A stretch of 64,000 bases of DNA, taken from the NCBI GenBank assembly GCA_047495785.1, contig JBLDXI010000042.1:496001-560000 (forward strand). The letters run 5' to 3'. A model generated the notes under the pieces. That model was not told the DNA's origin. It worked only from the letters and a program-made list of their open reading frames with translations, and made no database searches. This document shows positions 1 to 11,169 of the stretch, piece by piece. The translations under genes and the position numbers were made by a program. Positions within the stretch are counted from its first letter, which is position 1, and every line of letters begins with the position of its first letter. The DNA comes from Lepidodermella squamata (Eukaryota > Animalia > Gastrotricha).

Positions 1-449
1 ATAATTTGCATAATTTTTTTCAAATCAAACAGAGCTCGGGTGAAATGCGATCTAGAATGGAGAAGCGATTGGAGCGAATCCGTGAAATTTGCGAGAAAGA
101 CCCAGTAGCAGCTAGCCAATTGTTCGATTGGCAAGATTACGACAGCCGCCGAAATTCAAGCTACGTCTGGCTCTGGAATAACCTGCTCGTCAACGATAAT
201 TACAAATTTGTATTTTGCGCGTAAGTGTCCCAAAATAAATTCTCTAAAATACCTGAATTTTCAAAAATTTCAAAAATTAAATTTATAATTTATTATTAAA
301 TGTTTGATCGTTTTTTCAAGTATTCCAAAGGCTGGTAATACGAATACTCGGCACTATTTGATGCATTTGAGCGAAGGCAATACGGGCAATCCGGGATTAC
401 AAGTACCGAGGCGCTGGTTGGAACCGGGTCTATGATCCTAATTACAAGA
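1..449 (+). pseudogene. Truncated, frameshifted paralogue of the carbohydrate sulfotransferase at 57704-59152 (exon 2, intron, start of exon 3)
   Basis: Near-identical to ~58000-58400 (KRLERIREICEKDP...FVFCA|IPKAGNT). A 7-nt insertion near 385-395 shifts the frame, and homology stops at ~449, where Maverick sequence begins. Confidence 0.9.
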
Positions 450-535
450 TCCTAATTACAACCTTAAGAATTTTATTTGATTATACTCAGCGGATTCTTT
501 TTTACCACCCCGTGTCAAAGTAGCTAATCGTGGTC

Positions 536-1048
536 CTAATCCCTTTTATTATAATCAGATATATCATGTATTACATCTTCGATATGATCAGCTTCAATTT
601 CGTCAATCAAAGGGAAATTGTGTTTCTTAATTACGTTTTCATTAAGACTTTTAATTTCATTTTCAGGTTCTCTAACAGTTTGATATTCATCAAATGAGGC
701 TTCATTTCTATCAGTTGACTCACTTTTTGCTAATGGACTGGAAGGTTCCAATTTAGGTTGTCTTAATTCAGCTTCAACTTCTTGGGCAATTCCCCGAGCG
801 ATCACCTCAGGTTTCATTCTTGTTAAATTATTATTCAATTTTTCTATGGAATTTACGATCGGTCGTTGTTTGATCGTATTTAGAATGGTTGCTAAAGGAT
901 CCATTTCGGTTTTAATGTTATATTTATGCTTTAATGTGTATGTATCTCCATTCGCGATAGCAATATTCTGACTATACAGGTTTTCCTCTTTTTCAAGATT
1001 TTTCAAAATTTCAATTTGCTCGGGTATTGATAGTTCTTTGATCGGCAT
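536..1048 (-). CDS. Maverick hypothetical protein (possibly continuing by frameshift to the 462 junction)
   Basis: 170-aa intronless ORF directly downstream of the ATPase on the same strand; no recognisable domain. Confidence 0.6.
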   Translation of the reverse strand: MPIKELSIPEQIEILKNLEKEENLYSQNIAIANGDTYTLKHKYNIKTEMDPLATILNTIKQRPIVNSIEKLNNNLTRMKPEVIARGIAQEVEAELRQPKLEPSSPLAKSESTDRNEASFDEYQTVREPENEIKSLNENVIKKHNFPLIDEIEADHIEDVIHDISDYNKRD

Positions 1049-1079
1049 TTGAACGTTTTTTAATTAGTAACTAGATATT

Positions 1080-1778
1080 TCAACAAAACAGGCCAACGTA
1101 ATTAGCTCGCAATTTCAAGCATTTGTATTTTGAATTGCCATCAATAATGAAACTTCCATGTCCATCATATGAAGATGTACTTTCTTCGTATTTCTTTATG
1201 AACTCATCTCTTTTTATTTCAGATGCATAAATATTATGTATGGTTTTTATTTCTCTGAAATCATTTAAACGCTTTAGCACAACGAACTGTGCGTTATCTC
1301 TAATTATTTTGGGCGTTTTAAAATAAGACTGAGATAAGTAAACAACAGAACAATTGTATTTCCTACTTCTTATGTACAAATCACCGATATATTTTTCTTG
1401 AACTTTTTTTTCTGCTAAACATACATCATCAAAAATGTAAAGATGCTGATAGTTCTTGTTAAGATCTTCTATTTGAACTACATCTTTCAAATCAGTGCTA
1501 AAATGTATGAGACTTTCTGATATTCCTCTTCTTGCTAATTCTTTTTCTTTTTGTTTTTGCACATTTATTAAAAATTGATACTTGTCTTCATCAAGTGTTT
1601 TTGAATAAACGAAAATTTTATGGAAAACGGAATGATGAATAATATTCAAAAGATCATTTGTTTTACCTGAATTACTCGGACCAATGATTAAACTTCTGCC
1701 TGGATGTTGTGGGAAAAATGGATTCGGATTTATATAATAATTATTAGCTTTGGAAATTAGATTATCAAAATTTATCAT
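1080..1778 (-). CDS. A32/FtsK-HerA family genome packaging ATPase
   Basis: Walker A GPSNSGKT, Walker B YIFDD, RSRKYNCSVVYLSQSYF motif and IRDN. Confidence 0.93.
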   Translation of the reverse strand: MINFDNLISKANNYYINPNPFFPQHPGRSLIIGPSNSGKTNDLLNIIHHSVFHKIFVYSKTLDEDKYQFLINVQKQKEKELARRGISESLIHFSTDLKDVVQIEDLNKNYQHLYIFDDVCLAEKKVQEKYIGDLYIRSRKYNCSVVYLSQSYFKTPKIIRDNAQFVVLKRLNDFREIKTIHNIYASEIKRDEFIKKYEESTSSYDGHGSFIIDGNSKYKCLKLRANYVGLFC

Positions 1779-1817
1779 TTATATATAAATTAGAAACTTT
1801 CTAGTTAATTACTAAAA

Positions 1818-3328
1818 ATGTTCGACAGCACTAAAAAAGATGGCGTAAATTCTCCGAGTGGGGGATTTTCGATGGGATTATAAACAATTTACCGATTGAA
1901 TTACATTTACCATCATTAGGACCAGGTGAATACGTGCAGAACGGTAGTTTTAATAACACAAATAAGTATTCATATGCAGGCCCAGGAACGAAATTTATTC
2001 AACGCATGAAAGAAGGTTACAAAGGTATTAATGAATTAGACAAAGCAGCAATGGAACATGATGCAGCTTATCATTTCTATAAGGATAGAGAAACAAGAAC
2101 GATATCCGACAGAATTTTAGCTCAAAGAGCCCTCAAAATTGCTCAAGATGGAACTAAAAGTAGTCAGGAAAGAATGATGGCGGCGTTCGTTCATAAAACA
2201 TTTACCGAAGGTGGATTAGCTGATAAATTTCAAGGGAAAGGAATGACTCTGCGTCAAAGAAAGCCTGTCAGTTACACGCAATCAATAACTAAAAACGAAC
2301 CTGTTAAAAAGAGTAAACGTAATGCTCGAGAAAATATAGAAAAAATAGCTGGGAATAAAGAAATAAGTAGAATGAAATTTCCCATACTTGCCGAGGAATT
2401 ACACAAACAAGTTCGGAAACGATTTCCACGTCGCCGAGTTATACTTAAGGATGTTGATGAAACTTGGGGTATGGATATTTGCTTCATGAATGATTTGGCT
2501 GAAGATAATAATGGTTATAAATATATATTAACTATTATTGATTGCTTTTCAAAATATGCTTGGGCTATCCCATCAAAAGCTAAAGATGCTAAAACTGTAT
2601 TCGATGCTTTCATTGCTGTTATCAACAAAAGTAATAGGAAACCTAAACATATTTGGGTTGATGAAGGAAGTGAATTTTATAATTCAATATTTACCAAATG
2701 GCCCAAAGCTAACAACGTAGTAAGATATTCAACATATGAAAACTTTCACAATCCAATTATTGAGCGATTCAACAGAACCTTGAAAACAATGATGTGGAAA
2801 AGGTTTACTCTTGAAAATAGCCGAAATTGGATTAATATGTTAGATTCTTTACTAATTGAATATAATAATAAGAAGCACAGATCTATAAATATGACACCGA
2901 ATGAGGCAGTGAATCCGATCAATAAAGAAAGGGTAGTAAAAAGTCTTTATCCTCATCCTGAACCTAATTTAAAAAAGCCTAAATTCCGAATTGGCGACAT
3001 TGTAAGGATTAGTAGAATAAAAGAACATTTTGAAAAAGGTTTTCATCCAAATTGGTCAGAAGAATTGCTGAAAATTGTTGGTGTTAACGATACATACCCT
3101 AGAACATATAAATTGGAAGCATTAGATGGTGAGGAAGTAGTTGGAAGTTTTTATGAACAGGAATTATTAAAATCGGACATTAAAAATCAAGAATTGTATG
3201 AAAAAGCGATTTATCGAGTTGAAAAGATTTTAGAACGTAAATTAGTAAAAGGCAAAGAAATGGTACTTATTAAATGGGCAGGTTATGATCACCCAACATG
3301 GGAAAAAGCAGAAAATATTATTGATTAG
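1818..3328 (+). CDS. PLA2 (parvovirus VP1u-like) - rve integrase - chromodomain fusion; ATG at 1818 requires a 1-nt correction in the G run at ~1860-1864
   Basis: INNLPIELHLP...YAGPGT...GINELDKAAMEHDAAY (PLA2); WGMDICFM / IWVDEGSEF / IERFNRTLK (DDE triad); KPKFRIGDIVRIS...NWSEE; YRVEKIL...IKWAGYDHPTWE (chromodomain). No stop from 1835 to 3325. Confidence 0.9.
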
Positions 3329-3433
3329 ATAGTTATAACTTGGTAAATTCGGCATTTTAAGCACATCTATGAAATTTCAAATTTCATCATTTTAAAAAAT
3401 GGCTTAAAGATTTATCACCTTAATATTATATAA

Positions 3434-6400
3434 ATGAAAATGAATAATTTTTTCATATTGAGTCCAAAAGGTTTTGAAATAAAGAAGGGTGGAAAGGCTT
3501 TTCGAAAATATATAAACGAAGGCTTTTCATATGATGAAACGAATAATATGTGGTTGGAAAATGGTCAGCCGTATACTTATGAAGTAGTTAATCCGGAAGA
3601 CGGGTGTTTGATACCCGTTAATGGCGATAAATTCAACCAGTTGATTAACAATAATTATGTATATGAAAAATATAGAAATCGTTTGAAAAAAGTTGCATTT
3701 TATAAAAGCAAAAAAATTGAAGTCGGTTCAAACGAATTTCTGAAAATGGTAAGACATACACATGCATATAACCCTGAAACTAATTTATTGACTAAATACA
3801 AACGTAAAATTAGGGGTGGGCATGTATTTGATCCAATAAATGGAAAACCTATTTTGTTAGGAGGAGCAAGATATGAACATTTAGCTTCGCAGGGCTATGC
3901 CTTAAAGACAGTTGACAAATAATTTCGTTATCAATCCAAAAACACTTTGTCGTATCAAAATAAAAGGCGAAAAATTTCGCCAACTAATAGCTGAGGGCTA
4001 TAAATATATTGAAAGTACCAATAGCTTAGAAAAAGATGATTATTTTCAAATAGTGAATAGAGATTTCCCCGGCGGATTTAAACAAGTTCTGTCGCGAGTA
4101 GATTTTGAACCTCGTGGAAAAGAGGAAATTGATTTTCCAAATTACCGAAAGAAAATCATCAATAAGGTGATAGAAGAATATAGAGAGCAATTAAAACAAC
4201 GCGGTTCAATTAAAGTAGGCCTAGTTACTAAAATGACTTTTGTTCGTGATGATGAAGAGAAAGAGTTGGATCGTTACTCTTGTAATTCGAATATAAATTG
4301 TGCACCTGTGATTTTACGTGTTGACCAAATACAGACGGTTGTAAATCAGCTTTTTGATCAGATAGGCGCTTCAATTGAAGACTTAGCTCAAAGGCAATCT
4401 GGTTGGCGATTGAAAAATATTGGTACGACAAGTGCTAATACTTATAGGTACACTCCTCTTTCCGGTGGAAGTTTCATTCCAACGCCTCCGTATATCTATA
4501 ATAAGAAAGCAGTAGTAAACGTACAAAATACTGATCAAAAATGCATTATTTGGAGTATTCTAGCTTGTTTACATCCGGTTGAAAAAAATGCAAATAGACC
4601 TAGCAAATATCAAAAATACTTGAGTGAAATTAATACTGATACGATACAATTCCCTATTAAAGCTAAGGACATTTCGAAACTCGAAACCTTGAACAAAATT
4701 AACATAAACATTATAGAATATAACAAATTTGGATGTAAAGAATTTAGACCTTACTATGTTTCGGACGGGATTCACAAGAAAGAGGTAAATATTCTCAGGT
4801 TGAGAGAAGATAAAAAAGCTCATTTTTGTTGGATAAAAAACATGAGTAAATTACTTGCCTTCACGAGCAAGCATGAGCATAAAAAATTCTGGTGTTATCG
4901 TTGTTTAACTGGTTTCGACTCGGATTTAGCACGGATAAGGCATTTGGAAGATCAGAAATGCGAATTCAAAGGCACACAAATTAGGTTCCCGAAGAAATTT
5001 GACCCCATCGAAAACGAATGGGTAATGCAAAAAGTAAAATTTAATAGCTTCGACAAACAGTTGGAGATCCCATTTGCATTTTATTGTGATGCCGAGAGCA
5101 TTCTTGTACCGTGTAATGAGAAAAAGGTAACTCATCGACAATTTATCAAAAACATGTCGCCAACTCGTTCGGATGTTACTTTATTAGCAAGGTAAGAGAT
5201 TTCAAGTCACGTTATCAAAAATTCGAGGGCGAAAACTGCACTAAAGAATTTATAAATTACTTGATAAAAATGGAAAATGGATTGACTTTTTTCTTACGTA
5301 ATACCAACATAGAAATGAAATTTGGTGACAAGGAGAAGATTCTATTTGATGCTGCAACGCATTGTCATATATGTAATAAGAAATTTGAACTTCATGAAGA
5401 GCGAGTAAGAGATCATGATCACCTGACTGGGAATTATCGAGGCGCAGCTCATCAATTTTGTAACCTGGGTTATAACATGAAAAATATGAAAATTCCTGTT
5501 GTTTTTCATAATCTGAAAGGTTATGACAGCCATTTGATTTTGAAGCATGCCGGTGAAGTGGTGAATGAATTAAATGAGGCGCGAAAAACTAAGTATGAAG
5601 AAAAGAGAGAGGCAGCTAAGAAAAATGGCAAATCAGAACCTAAAAAGCCGTACTTACTAAATCTAAGTGTCATCGCGAGTAGTGCTGAAAAATATATGAG
5701 CTTTAGCATAGGAAGATTGAACTTTTTAGATAGTTTCAATTTTATGAGTGCTAGTTTGGAAACAATCGTAAACAACTTGAAGAAATCAGGCGGGGAATTC
5801 CAGCATTTTAAGAGCCAGTTCAAAAATAATTCAGAGTCACAGATTCAACTATTGCTTAGAAAAAATGTTTATCCGTATGATTACATTACTAGCCATGACA
5901 AGCTGCTGGAAACTCAGCTTCCGCCAATTGAAAACTTTTCGCAGAGACTCCGGGCAAGTTCTTCATATAGCAGTGATCCTAAAGATCTAGAACCAGTTCC
6001 TATTTCTTTAGACGATTATCAACACGCTAAAAAAGTATGGGAAGAGTTCGAATGCAAGTCTTTAAAAGATTATCATGATCTATATCTGAAAACTGACGTA
6101 ATGCTGCTTGCTGATTGCTTTGAAAACTTTAGGAAAACATGCATGAATTTTTATGGATTAGATGCTCTTCACTTCGTAAGTGCGCCTGCTCTTAGATGGA
6201 CATCCATGCTGAAATTAACTCGAATCGAACTTTATCTTTTCGATAATGAGGAAATGCTTGAGTTCATCGAAGCCGGCATCCGCGGTGGTGTTTCCATCAT
6301 TACGAAAAGGTATGCGCAAGCTAATAACAAATATATGAAGAATTTCGATAGTGCGAAGCCTCAGTCATACATCACATATTTAGATGCGAATAATTTGTAC

Positions 6401-7687
6401 GGTTGGGCGATGATTCAGTGCTTACCTCTAGGCAGTTTTAAATGGGAAAAAACTGACTTTTATACAGCTGAAAATATAGCTAAGATGGATGATAAGCAAA
6501 AACGTGGTTACATTCTAGAGGTTGACGTAGAGTACCCTGTAGAGCTGCATGATAAGCACAATGACTTTCCATTTTTAGCGGAACACATGATATGTGATCC
6601 AAGTCCGTATATGAATCGCATTTCTCATGAACACAATTTGCCCAAGTCAGCAAAAGTGAAAAAGCTTACTCAAAACCTGAACGACAAAACACGATATGTA
6701 ATTCACTATGGAGCTTTACAGCAGGCTTTAGAACATGGATTGGTCCTCAAAAAGGTTCATCGGGTTCTAGGTTTTGACCAATCGGAATGGCTTAAGTCTT
6801 ACATTGATTTTAATACCGCTCAGAGAGCAATTGCTAAAAACGACTTCGAAAAGGATTTTTTCAAGCTTATGAACAACTCAATTTTCGGGAAGACATGTGA
6901 AAACTTGAGGAAAAGAATAGACGTTCGATTGACAACATCAGCTGAAAAGTTGCAAAAATTGGTGAATGAGCCGACGTTCAAGTCCTGTGATGACATAAGT
7001 GACAACTTATTCAGCGTAAGCATGGCGAAAAAGAGCATACTTTATAATAGGCCAATTATAGTTGGGATGAGTGTTTTAGACTTGAGTAAGACTTTGATGT
7101 ATGATTTTCATTACAACGTGATCAAGAAAAAATATGGGGATAATGCCCAGCTGCTTTTCACTGATACGGATTCGCTGTGCTATAGCATTGAGACTAGGGA
7201 TTTATATGAGGATATGAAACCTATGAGTGATTTATTTGACTTCAGTGATTATCCCAAGAGTCACCTGCTGCATTCTGATGCTAATAAAAAAGTTATCGGC
7301 AAATTTAAAGATGAATCCGCAGGCGGGATCGCACTTTCGACGATTACTGAGTTCGTCGGATTAAGATCAAAATCATACAGCTACGTTTCTGAGGTGATAT
7401 CTTCTGCTAACAAGGCTGTGGAGTTGCATTCGACTAGCTCGGTCAAAAAAGCTAAAGGCGTAGTAAAGCATTGCGTGAAAAATAATATAAAATTTGAAAA
7501 TTATAAACGTAGCGTATTGGAACAACAGATAACAAAAGCCACCTTTAATCAAATTAGATCTTTCAATCATAACTTGGTAACAATGCAGAGTACGAAGACA
7601 GCTTTGTGTCCGTACGATGACAAACGGTGGGTTTGCGATGACGGAATAACTACGCTTGCTCATGGACACGTTAGGATATTACATTGA
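3434..7687 (+). CDS. Protein-primed family B DNA polymerase split by two 1-nt frameshifts (~3918 and ~5121-5125)
   Basis: N-terminal NPxxG repeats; ExoI YCDAES; YQKHVANSF in the bridging frame; endonuclease VII-like CHIC...DHDHLTGNYRGAAHQFCN; ExoII FHNLKGYD; polymerase motifs YLDANNLYG, KLMNNSIFGK and TDTDS. Confidence 0.93.
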
Positions 7688-7730
7688 AATATATTCCAAG
7701 TTAATGCAGCTGTATTTAAAAGCTGAAAAA

Positions 7731-7841
7731 TATCGGCTCTTGCAAGAGCCGATAATTTAATGCTAGCATAAAAAACAATGCAGAGTACGAAAACAGCTGT
7801 ATCTAAAAGATAAAAAATATCGGCTCTTGCAAGAGCCGATA
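7731..7841. repeat. Two copies of a perfect 24-bp palindrome just 3' of PolB
   Basis: TATCGGCTCTTGCAAGAGCCGATA at 7731-7754 and 7818-7841. Confidence 0.95.
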
Positions 7842-8318
7842 ATTTAATTCTATAGACAGCATTTCATATCTGATGCAAATGCACTAGTTAAACGCTGTTC
7901 CAGAAATTACCCCTTTTTAGGGCTGTTTTTGAATTTTACGCAGCCGAAAATTTGAGTGATCGAAATAATTGATTTAAATTCGAGTTGGATATGCATTGGA
8001 GGCGATTTTGACTCTTTGGCGTCGATTTTTGCATTTCGTAAACCCCCATGCAAAAGCCGAGAATTTGCTGCGGAGAATATGCTAGGAGCTGGAAATTTCA
8101 TTTTAAGGCGGGTGAGCCAGCTCCGGCGGACTATCACTACTGACCGAGTTTAACGCGTGTCGGAAGCACGTGCGATTTACGCGGGAAATAGCTGGCCAGA
8201 GAGTTCAGTTTCAGTGAAACAGTCGGAGAATTCGTTCTCAAAATTCAACGCAGAAAATTTTCGTGTTAATATTTTGATAATATCGCTATCACCGAATTTT
8301 ATCACCTATTACCTAATT

Positions 8319-9773
8319 ATGCATAATCTACAAATTAAAACACCGTCCAACACCTATTCTTCGGAGTCATCGGGCACGCCGTCGCCGCGTCCAAGTCGAG
8401 GTCCGGCTCTCAAATATACTGCGAAACTTCGGGAATTTGAAAGCCATGAAGCCGGGCTGGCTTGGATAAAGAAAAATACGCCCTACGTCCTAGCGAAAGA
8501 ACAGCAGTTACTGTTGCCGCTATATGCGAAAAGCTGGCTACGAGCGATGCCACAGCCGAGCAAAGTTACTCTTGGATGGTAAAACTTGGGTCTTACTGGC
8601 GTCCGAAGCGAAGCATCGTCACAAGACCACGTCGAACCGCCTACCCTCCAAGTTGACGACGCCTGTGAAGAAGCGTATTGACAAGTACACAAAGCAAGGA
8701 TTGGGTGCCACATCAATTGTTGCAAAGTTGAAGCATAGAAGTAAGCTATTTAAAATTCTCAAATATCCATCATCAAGTTATGTAATTTCTCGCTAGAAAA
8801 AGCAAAGCTGTCGTTGAAACAGGTTAGAAATTACTTGTATCGCAAAAGCACGGCGTCGAAGGTCAAGGTTGACAAGACGTTGCGCTCGCTCGCAAGAAAT
8901 CTGAGCTCTCTGAATTCCGCCGAAGCGAAGGAATGGGTGGCGAGCCATAGCGAGGAACCTGTCGGCGATGATGAACCGTTCGTCGAAAGTCTGAAATTGG
9001 ACGAAGTCGACCTTTCGACTATGATCGTTCGAAATAAAGCGAGTGGTAGTCGGCGAGGAAGACCACCCGGTCGCAAGGCATCCGACAGCAATGATTCCGC
9101 TCATAATCCGCTTGATTCTTCTGATGACAACGCAATCAGCCATCAAAGCGATTCAAGTCGCGGTCGTGGCCGAGGGCGCCGTGGCAGGCCACCTGGTCGC
9201 GGAAGGCCATCCTCAGCCCGCCCAGCGGGCGATTTCTCATCAGCCGATTCTGCGAAACGAGATCGAGGCCGTGGTCGAGGTCGGGGTCAGCCGTCTTCAG
9301 CTTGCTCACCTGTTGAGACTTCAACTGCTGAGTCACCGGTTCAACAAGTCGGACGCGGTCGGGCTCGGGCTCGTGGTCGAGGTCGTGGGCGCGGTTTAGT
9401 TGCACCCGACATTATAAGCCCCACGGCAATGTCTGATTTTTCATTTAACGTGAGCATGCTTTTGTATTAATGCTAACAAGGTCTGATGTTTTTTTTTTTA
9501 CAGGAGTCATTTGAATTGGGACCAGGAATTATTGTTCACTGCAACAGACCGTCTCCTCCCAGTGACGAAGATTTCCGCTCGCCCGATGAGCTGGCTGTCA
9601 AGTGCCATCAGTGCGGACGAACAATGCGCTGGGACGATACCTGCCCCGGTTGCCAGCTATTGATCTCCATCGACTATGACTCCACTACAGCGCGTGACAG
9701 GGAACGCATGCGGAGGATGGCGGAGGCACAGATGCGAAAGACGATCCGCCGGGTCAATTTGGAGGGGCCATAA
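8319..9773 (+). CDS. Spliced gene: WRKY/GCM1/FLYWCH-like (MULE-type) Zn finger, AT-hook/RG repeats, C4 Zn ribbon; one frameshift near 8497
   Basis: YCCRYMRKAGYERCHSRAKL...HRH; QVRNYLYRK; RRGRPPGR twice; CHQCG..CPGC. GT-AG introns 8741-8796 and 9450-9503 join the ORFs in frame. No DDE domain. Confidence 0.6.
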
Positions 9774-10873
9774 GTACTTTTGAAGCAACTTTCGACATTT
9801 AAAAAAATATTCGGACAAATTTATGAAATTCACAAGTTTTTTTTCAAAATTTAAAAAGTTTTCCACAACTTTAAAAATACGTGGCTGTTATAATTTTTAG
9901 GATTTTGTCGAACGGGTTTCACAGAACTAAACTAGATTCACTGCCCGATTTTTCCTTTATTTTTGCAGACATACTACTCCCTCATTATTTTATCAGTTCA
10001 GGTCGTAAAACTGAACGTATCGAAATTTGGTGATGAAAAAAGAGTTTGCTGATGAAAAAAATAATTTCCTGATGAAAAAGAAAATTTGATGTTGAAAAAA
10101 GATTGACCCAATTTACCGACAAAAATGGGAAAGTTCAAAAATTAAGGACAAAACAAACAACAACAACATGATTATTTTATTTTCTAATTATTTCGATATA
10201 ATATGCCAGCCCGAGGGCGCCAAGCATTTACACAATTTTTAATTAACAATAAACATGAATGAGATATGGTTATATTTCGTTCCGTATATTTAGTTAGAGA
10301 GTTGTTGCGTTATTATATTTTATTTTAATTTTTTACTTTTTTTTTCATTATTATTATACAAACATATCAAATATTTTTCAGTAATATTATGCACGCACTA
10401 TGATTATGTAGGCACATATATGCACAAAATATATATATAAGAGTTGGTTCGTACGATGAATTAAAACGTATACAATAACACAGCATAGCTTCATTGTGAT
10501 TTTCTTTCATTTTTTCATTTTTTTCAGTATTTTCCCGAATTTTTTAGATTTTCTTTTTTGTTCACACAAGTTTATATATTTTTCAATTTTTATTATCATT
10601 TTTATTTGTTAGTGGGTAGGCACGCCTTTTGTAGTCTAATCGTATTTTTGAAGATGTTTTTAGAACAGCAGGTAGTATATTTACACAGTGCGCAAGTGCG
10701 TCCAAGATAACATTATGGTCCAGATGACGTGTATTTTTCGTCTGATTTAAAGTGTTTTTACATTGAGTTAGTATGTGAATAAGTAGGTCTAGTGCGGTAG
10801 GAAAGTTATTTACGGTGCAATATATCCACGGGAGTTTTTTGAATCAAGGGCGGCATTTGTTTGTTGATAACTT

Positions 10874-11169
10874 TAATCCGAGCACCACATACATGAAATA
10901 CACACATGTGTGTATTTGGCAGCCAATGTGTTAAAACAATGAATTCAGTGGAGAAAACCCGGAAATTCTCGATGGTCATGAGACGTACCAGGACGCAGCG
11001 CATCGATTTAAATGCCTGATTTCTGTGTTATTTTTTAATAAGGTCAAAAGGTTATTGTGGCTGAAAATAACCTCATTTGCAGCGATCGTTATTTTTCTTA
11101 TGCGACCAGCAAAAAATGTCATTCACGAAGCACTTACTTACGCAAAGATCAGCTTTTTGCACTAGCCTG
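10874..11169. repeat. Dispersed repeat X, inverted relative to ~28727-29025
   Basis: Reverse-complement match with about 5 differences over ~300 bp. Confidence 0.9.

Larger units (their letters stand above)
462..7860. mobile_element. Maverick/Polinton (adintovirus-like) element, left-truncated
   Basis: Clustered intronless packaging ATPase, rve integrase-chromodomain and protein-primed PolB. No MCP, penton or protease in the window. The right end is unresolved and may extend to ACTACT at 9973-9978. Confidence 0.93.

Noticed and set aside
5110-5130. Programmed ribosomal frameshift in PolB
   Set aside because: No canonical slippery heptamer or evident stimulator; similar 1-nt indels occur in other genes of the element.
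10030-10100. Four imperfect ~20-bp TGATGAAAAA repeats as part of a Maverick TIR
   Set aside because: The opposite end is missing, so they cannot be assigned.
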